Assembly: GCF_000143415.4 (NCBI RefSeq)
Contig: NW_003314340.1
Span: 676,161-740,160, forward strand
DNA from: Selaginella moellendorffii
Taxonomy: Eukaryota; Plantae; Lycopodiophyta
Direction: 5' to 3'
Length of the DNA: 64,000 nucleotides
Positions 58,846 to 64,000 of this stretch are shown one piece after another. Each line of letters starts with the position of its first letter. The first letter of the stretch is position 1. The translations under genes were made by a program, and so were the position numbers. The notes beneath the pieces were generated by a model. That model made no database searches and was not told where the DNA came from. It saw only the letters and a program-made list of their open reading frames with translations.

Positions 58846-59620
58846 GCAAATCGAACTGCTGGGCGGCCCCAAGATCAATCAATTCTTGCAGATTCTGCGA
58901 CCCAATCCGGCCCCCCAATCGACTCTAACCTCCGATCGTCCGTTCCAATTCCCCTTCCACCGCCCACTTCGCCTTCCACTTCCTCCACTTTGTGCTCTTG
59001 GAGAGTGGACTGTTTGTCCTGCTATTTGTTGTAACCTACTGTTAAGTATTTATACGTGGATGGATGGGCTACACACGTTGCCACACGCAATTGCCCCCTG
59101 TGATTTTGCGCTTCGTCAAATCCGCGTCCAAAGTCTCCTTTAGAGGAACTTCCGCGGCGTAAACTTAAACACACCGCCATTCCATTCTTCCATTCCATTC
59201 CAAAGCAGGCCATTCCAAACGGGCAAAAGTACCTCTGAGGAGAAGGAAGAGGAATTTGGGGGGGAACTTTCTTTTCTCGGGATTGTTTGAACGTTTCAAT
59301 TCTAAACGAACTCGCTGCTGATCACGCATTTAGTACTTGCTCTTGGGGGCTGTTTGCTGTTTTTAAGTCAAGATTCCTTGGATTTGCAGTGTTTAATGTA
59401 CACGGCGGTCCCAATCAAAACCCCATTGACCCCGCGCTAAGTGGCCGCTGATGCAACACGACGACGACCAAAACTCGTCTTTAAAGCAAGCAATAGAGCG
59501 GAAAAAAAGAGTATACTTTGCGGCTGATTGACTGACTTTGCTGGCCAGCAGCAGAAAAAACGGCCATCTCCCCCACGTTCAAAGCTGAAACATCCTAAAC
59601 TTCAACGATCACACAGCCCA

Positions 59621-59875
59621 TTGTCAACACTGTGAGAAGAGTATTCTAAACTTACTTTTCAATAGTAATCCCCTCTCCATTGTCAACACTGTGATCACAT
59701 CGGTTTTAAAAGTTCTTGTCAACACTGTGATAACATGATTCTAAAACATCTTGTCAACACTGCGATAAGTTTATAACAGCGATTCTAAAACTTCCGGTAT
59801 GATCATACTAAAACTTCTCTATCTTAAGAAACTCTGTCAGCTGTGTGACCACATACTAAAACGTCTTGCCATCAC
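59621..59875 (+). repeat. Degenerate tandem array (TTGTCAACACTGTGA...TTCTAAAAC)
   Basis: Copies start at 59621, 59680, 59716 and 59751, with further decayed copies after them. Confidence 0.75.
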
Positions 59876-62121
59876 TCTGGGAGATCATTCAATCAAACTT
59901 ATTGCCTGGTAAGAGCATCTCTCTCTCTCTCTCTGTGTCTCCGTGTGCGATGGTGGAAAACTTCACGATCCAGTAACAGTGATAGCTTGAGGTTCAAACT
60001 CAGGTGTTCATGCATGGGCCATGACCTCTTTGTTCCAACCTGAAAGATGGTGACTAAAGCTCCGAAGCTCCGCTACATGTAAAAGAGGCTCTATACTATA
60101 GCTGCATGAGAGCTAAGCTAAGCTTTCAAGCACTGTGTGCGTGTGGGCTCGTTGCCTCTTTACATATGTTTCTGCTTTGTACCCGGTCCACTACCGCGGA
60201 GGAAAAGGACTGATGGGAAACTTTCTGGAAAGTCAAGCAAGCATAATGTGTGTTGCGTGATCGTCGAGGGTTTCCTGTGTCAATCCATGCTACACAAATC
60301 AGTGCTTGGATTTCTAAATCTTTGTTCTTCCCAAAGGGTTAAGAGTTGTCTCCCTCTTTTTTGAGCGGATTAAGATGCAACACCCACCGAGGTTCTGTCC
60401 TTCGGCCCATTGCTTTCATGTTGGTCCAGCACAAAAACGCCCGTTTCCGCCAATTTCTCCAGATTTTTCTATCAGCCAATTGTACTCAATCGATTCATGA
60501 CTCACAAAGTTTCGGTGTTATACATGACTTTGTCTCTTTTTTCTCTTTTGCTGCTCCAGGGTCTCCATTCAATGCGCGAGATCTCAACAGCGCTGCTGCT
60601 TTTCCCTGTTTGCCGCCATATTTGTAGGAAAATCAGTACAAAATCCAGGGACGAAATTGGAAATGTTCGATTCATCATCCCACTAAATCTGGTGGTATTG
60701 CTTGTGTTGATTTCAGCAGCAGCACGATCGAGCACGAGTTGACCGGCGCGAGTACGAATATCCTTTTTGACATGATATCATTGTACAAGAGAACACTACT
60801 CATCATGCTTAGATTAGTGCTTTCTCCTAAGTTTTGTAGGCATGTCCTCCTCATTCATGAATTATCCACTCAGAGGGTGATGCTGATCACTGATGATCAT
60901 CCATTCCACAAAAGCAAAGAACGAGTACTTAATCCCAAAACAAAGCAACCTTGCAATGATAATCAAAGAAGTTCAGTCCCACTCATACACACATAGATGA
61001 TTTGTCCAGCCACCAGGCATATCCTGTCACCAATTTCTTCCAGCTTTCAACTAGTGAATTGCTCCAATTCAAGCTCTCTCTGCACACTTTGAAATTGACA
61101 CATCTATTCCAAGCTGAGTTGGCCACTCCCAAAAGTCTCCCCCACTTCTTTTTACAACACTATAAGACCCTCCCACAGCACAAAAACCTGCTTGTGCTGC
61201 CTTTTGCCCTCCTGAAACATTTCAAACTAGAGGGAATATGCCAGGTCTAGAATGAATGGCTGGTTGGGTGGCTGGCTGGCCAACTTAGCAGAGAGCAAAA
61301 ACTCAATGAATGCCTCCAACAGGAATAGAATAATCATAATGCTCATGGGTGGTTGGTCAGTCAGCCCTAACTATTTTGCCTCCCCTTTCTTTTTTTTCCT
61401 TTTTCTTTTCTTGGAAAAAGGTGGTATATGACAGGCATGAAAGGCACCACCAGTCAGACAGCAGCACTGCAGGCCAGCACCTCACATTTTCTTGGACCAG
61501 TACAAAATAGGGGTTGTCAAATGGACATCATCAATTCTTATTCTACATAAAGTCAACACCACCTCCCAACACACCATTCTCAACATGTATATTTTTTTTT
61601 TCCTGTGTTGTATGTATACTGTACCACTTCTCCATGATGTTATTCAATCCCCCACCAGCTGCCTGGCTGGAAATTTCCTGTACTGTACAGCCCCACAAGA
61701 ACACAATTGACTTGGGGCAGGGAAGTTGACAAAAAGCCAAGAACCCTAAAAATCCCCACCACAACCAAACAAAACAAACTTGCTTGCTTGTGAATGATTG
61801 ATTGATTGATTCATACGTTCTCAAAGGGCACCGCCAGCCCACTGAAAAATCTTGTTCACCATCCTCTTTTTATACAAAGGAGAAAAAGAAAGCACAGGAA
61901 TCCCATCCAGAAAACCTGCTCCATCACCAAAATTTTTTGAAGCTCCTTGCAATCACAAACAATGTGATCCCCCCACGCCTATGTACACAGCTCCAGCCAC
62001 AATCGACCTTCCTCTTGTGTTCTTCGAGCCCATGAAGATCAAAAGTAAAAAACCACGGCCCCCCAAAACTTTGATCTTCGCAAACTCCTGCAATCGAATC
62101 GAGCAAAAGAGAGGAAGAAGA

Positions 62122-63639
62122 TCACGCGGCAGCTGTGAGGAGGCAAGTGTTGTCTTCCTTGTTCCTGTTCTTGCCGCTATCACCGCCAGCGCCATCGTTG
62201 TTGCTGCCACTCCCATCGATGCATTCCCTGTAAGCCCTGTGAAGAAGCTTGAGCAGATCCCCGGCCTTGTGCTTGGTCCTTGGATTACACCCAATCTGGA
62301 GGAAGAAGAAGAGCTTGGGGAACAAACCCACCTCCACCATCCTCCTCTTGACGATCTCATCCGGGCAATACTTGCAAACCGCCCACAGCACATCGATCGC
62401 GTACTCGGTCGCCATATCCGACACCTTGAACAGCTTCCGCGCCACCGCCGGCACCGCCAGCGCGTGCCGCGCCACCGCCGCCCGCCCCTCGGCGCAGCCA
62501 CACAGGCATTCCAGCGCCGCCAGGATCGCCTCGGTGGTCACCTTGTCCGCCTCCACGAGAAGCTCCGCCAGCGGCGCCACCACGCCCGTCTCCACCAGCC
62601 GGACCCTGTTCTTGAGCGGCGGGCACACCGCCAGCACCGCGCGGAGGCTCCCCCGGATCGCTGGGCGGTGGCGCCGCTGGGAGTGATCCTCGCCCACCAG
62701 GCGCACCAATCCCTCGAAGATCCCCGCGGTGGCGCCGACCGCGCCGCGCGCCTCCTTGTCCGCGCAGCACAGCTCCTCGATCAGCGCCGCCGCCGAGACC
62801 CGCGTGTGGAGATCGCCCCTCTGGAGGAGCCGGGCGATGGCGGCGAGATTGCGCGGGGAGAGTAGCTCCTTGCGAGAGGGCTCGTCGAGATTCGCGATGA
62901 GCGGCGGGAGGAGGGAGAGGATCTGGGCTTGCGAGTCTTCCTCGTCTTGCTCTTGGCCTTGATCCTCCGAGAAGGACGATACCAGCACTGGCGCTAGCCC
63001 CGCCCGGATCAAGAGCGTCTTGCTCCTCTCCTCCTGGCTCCTCGCGATCAATCGCTTCACCGCCACGGGGCGCGAGCGGGGGATTCGCAGCTGGGCGACG
63101 AGCACTTGCGCCTCGCGGAGATCCATGGGCTGCTCGCGATCGCCCCGTGCGCCACTCTGGAATCGATTCGCGGCGCACCAGCCGTGGATGATCCTCTGGA
63201 GCGTGTGATTGGGGATGAGCTCGTGGGAGTGGAGCTCCTGCATCGTCACGGGGCACGTCCGGCGGCCCTCCTGGAACCACTTCTCGATGCTGGAGCGATC
63301 GTAAGTGATACCCGTGCACACGCTCACGGGATCGGCCATGAGGCACAGGGAGATCGGGCACTTGAAGTGCGATGGAACCTCGGGGTGATGCTTGCGCAGC
63401 GTTTCCTCCTGCTCGTCGAGACCCATTTCGCGGACGGTGATTTGGGGGCGACCCACTTCCCGATCATCAAGAACGAGCACCGCCCAGGCCCGCAATCGAT
63501 CCAAATCCCCCCTTTTGCCGAGCGTGGCGATGGTCGATGGCCCCAAATCCAAACCCGAGTCGCAAACGCTCGGAGATCTTTGCCTGCATTTAACGATCCT
63601 GGGCTGGGCTTCTTGCCAGGAATCCCCAAGATCACACAC
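62122..63639 (-). CDS. Second plant U-box/ARM E3 ligase (same class), single exon; likely ATG at 63426
   Basis: VPSHFKCPISLCLMADPVSVCTGITYDRSSIEKW...CPVTMQ...LIPNHTLQRII, followed by ARM repeats. It is a paralogue of 57601-58845. Confidence 0.95.
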   Translation of the reverse strand: MCDLGDSWQEAQPRIVKCRQRSPSVCDSGLDLGPSTIATLGKRGDLDRLRAWAVLVLDDREVGRPQITVREMGLDEQEETLRKHHPEVPSHFKCPISLCLMADPVSVCTGITYDRSSIEKWFQEGRRTCPVTMQELHSHELIPNHTLQRIIHGWCAANRFQSGARGDREQPMDLREAQVLVAQLRIPRSRPVAVKRLIARSQEERSKTLLIRAGLAPVLVSSFSEDQGQEQDEEDSQAQILSLLPPLIANLDEPSRKELLSPRNLAAIARLLQRGDLHTRVSAAALIEELCCADKEARGAVGATAGIFEGLVRLVGEDHSQRRHRPAIRGSLRAVLAVCPPLKNRVRLVETGVVAPLAELLVEADKVTTEAILAALECLCGCAEGRAAVARHALAVPAVARKLFKVSDMATEYAIDVLWAVCKYCPDEIVKRRMVEVGLFPKLFFFLQIGCNPRTKHKAGDLLKLLHRAYRECIDGSGSNNDGAGGDSGKNRNKEDNTCLLTAAA

Positions 63640-64000
63640 ACGCGGTACGAGTGGAGTAGCGCAAAAGATCGCTGCTCGCGCTCGTGGAAGGAAGGAGAAG
63701 AGTGGAAGAACCCTAAGGGAAAAGCCTGTGGAAAAAAGGGGTGGAAATAAAAACGAGCTTTTTTACCGAGGGTGGTAAATTTTGGTGCGGTGCCGGTGGT
63801 GCCTGCCACCGCACAGCACTGACTTTTGCCATGAATGCCTCCTCCCCGCTTTTAGCGGGTCAATGCCGCGTTTAATCGCGGGTTTTTCCCCCGGGTTTAA
63901 AGCGAAGTCAACTTTGCTTAAACCGGGTCGAGATTTGACCTGGTACCGAAGTCTCCGCGAATGGATCGATTCCATTCCATCCATTCGATCGATCCAAGTC

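Noticed and set aside
59621-59875. CRISPR-like repeat-spacer appearance
   Set aside because: The period is irregular, the repeats are degenerate, the spacers resemble each other, the context is eukaryotic and there are no cas genes.
61852-63361. Long overlapping ORFs (337 aa plus strand, 334 aa minus strand)
   Set aside because: They are shadow frames of the GC-rich U-box gene with low-complexity Arg/Gly/Pro composition.

Overview
This is a compact, intron-rich plant genomic window. Most introns are about 50-60 nt, and it carries a Tf1/Tcn1-type chromovirus and a putative cilia-type gene, which together fit a non-seed plant, probably the lycophyte Selaginella (inference). The first 9.5 kb holds LTR retroelements: the 5' LTR and tRNA-Met PBS of one element, a full-length but nonsense-inactivated chromovirus with a self-priming PBS and a -1 frameshift signal, and a solo LTR with a perfect TSD. 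The rest is gene-dense: a Kelch protein with an unusual C-terminal domain, a class III peroxidase, a LEA gene, a decayed CACTA-type transposase, a FAM228-like gene, an ATAF-type NAC, a glutamine-dependent NAD synthetase plus a partial pseudogene copy, a photolyase/alpha-beta hydrolase fusion, a bacterial-looking intronless ORF, a G-lectin receptor kinase, a SOUL gene flanked by two tRNA-Arg(CCT), an ASC-1/TRIP4-like gene, a secreted LRR protein, a TRM/LONGIFOLIA gene and two U-box/ARM E3 ligases. The best candidate for an undescribed system lies at 49-53 kb: three small secreted peptide precursors whose 12-mers mix IDA and CLE/TDIF features, packed against a secreted LRR-only protein. All family calls are by motif recognition from memory; no searches were run.
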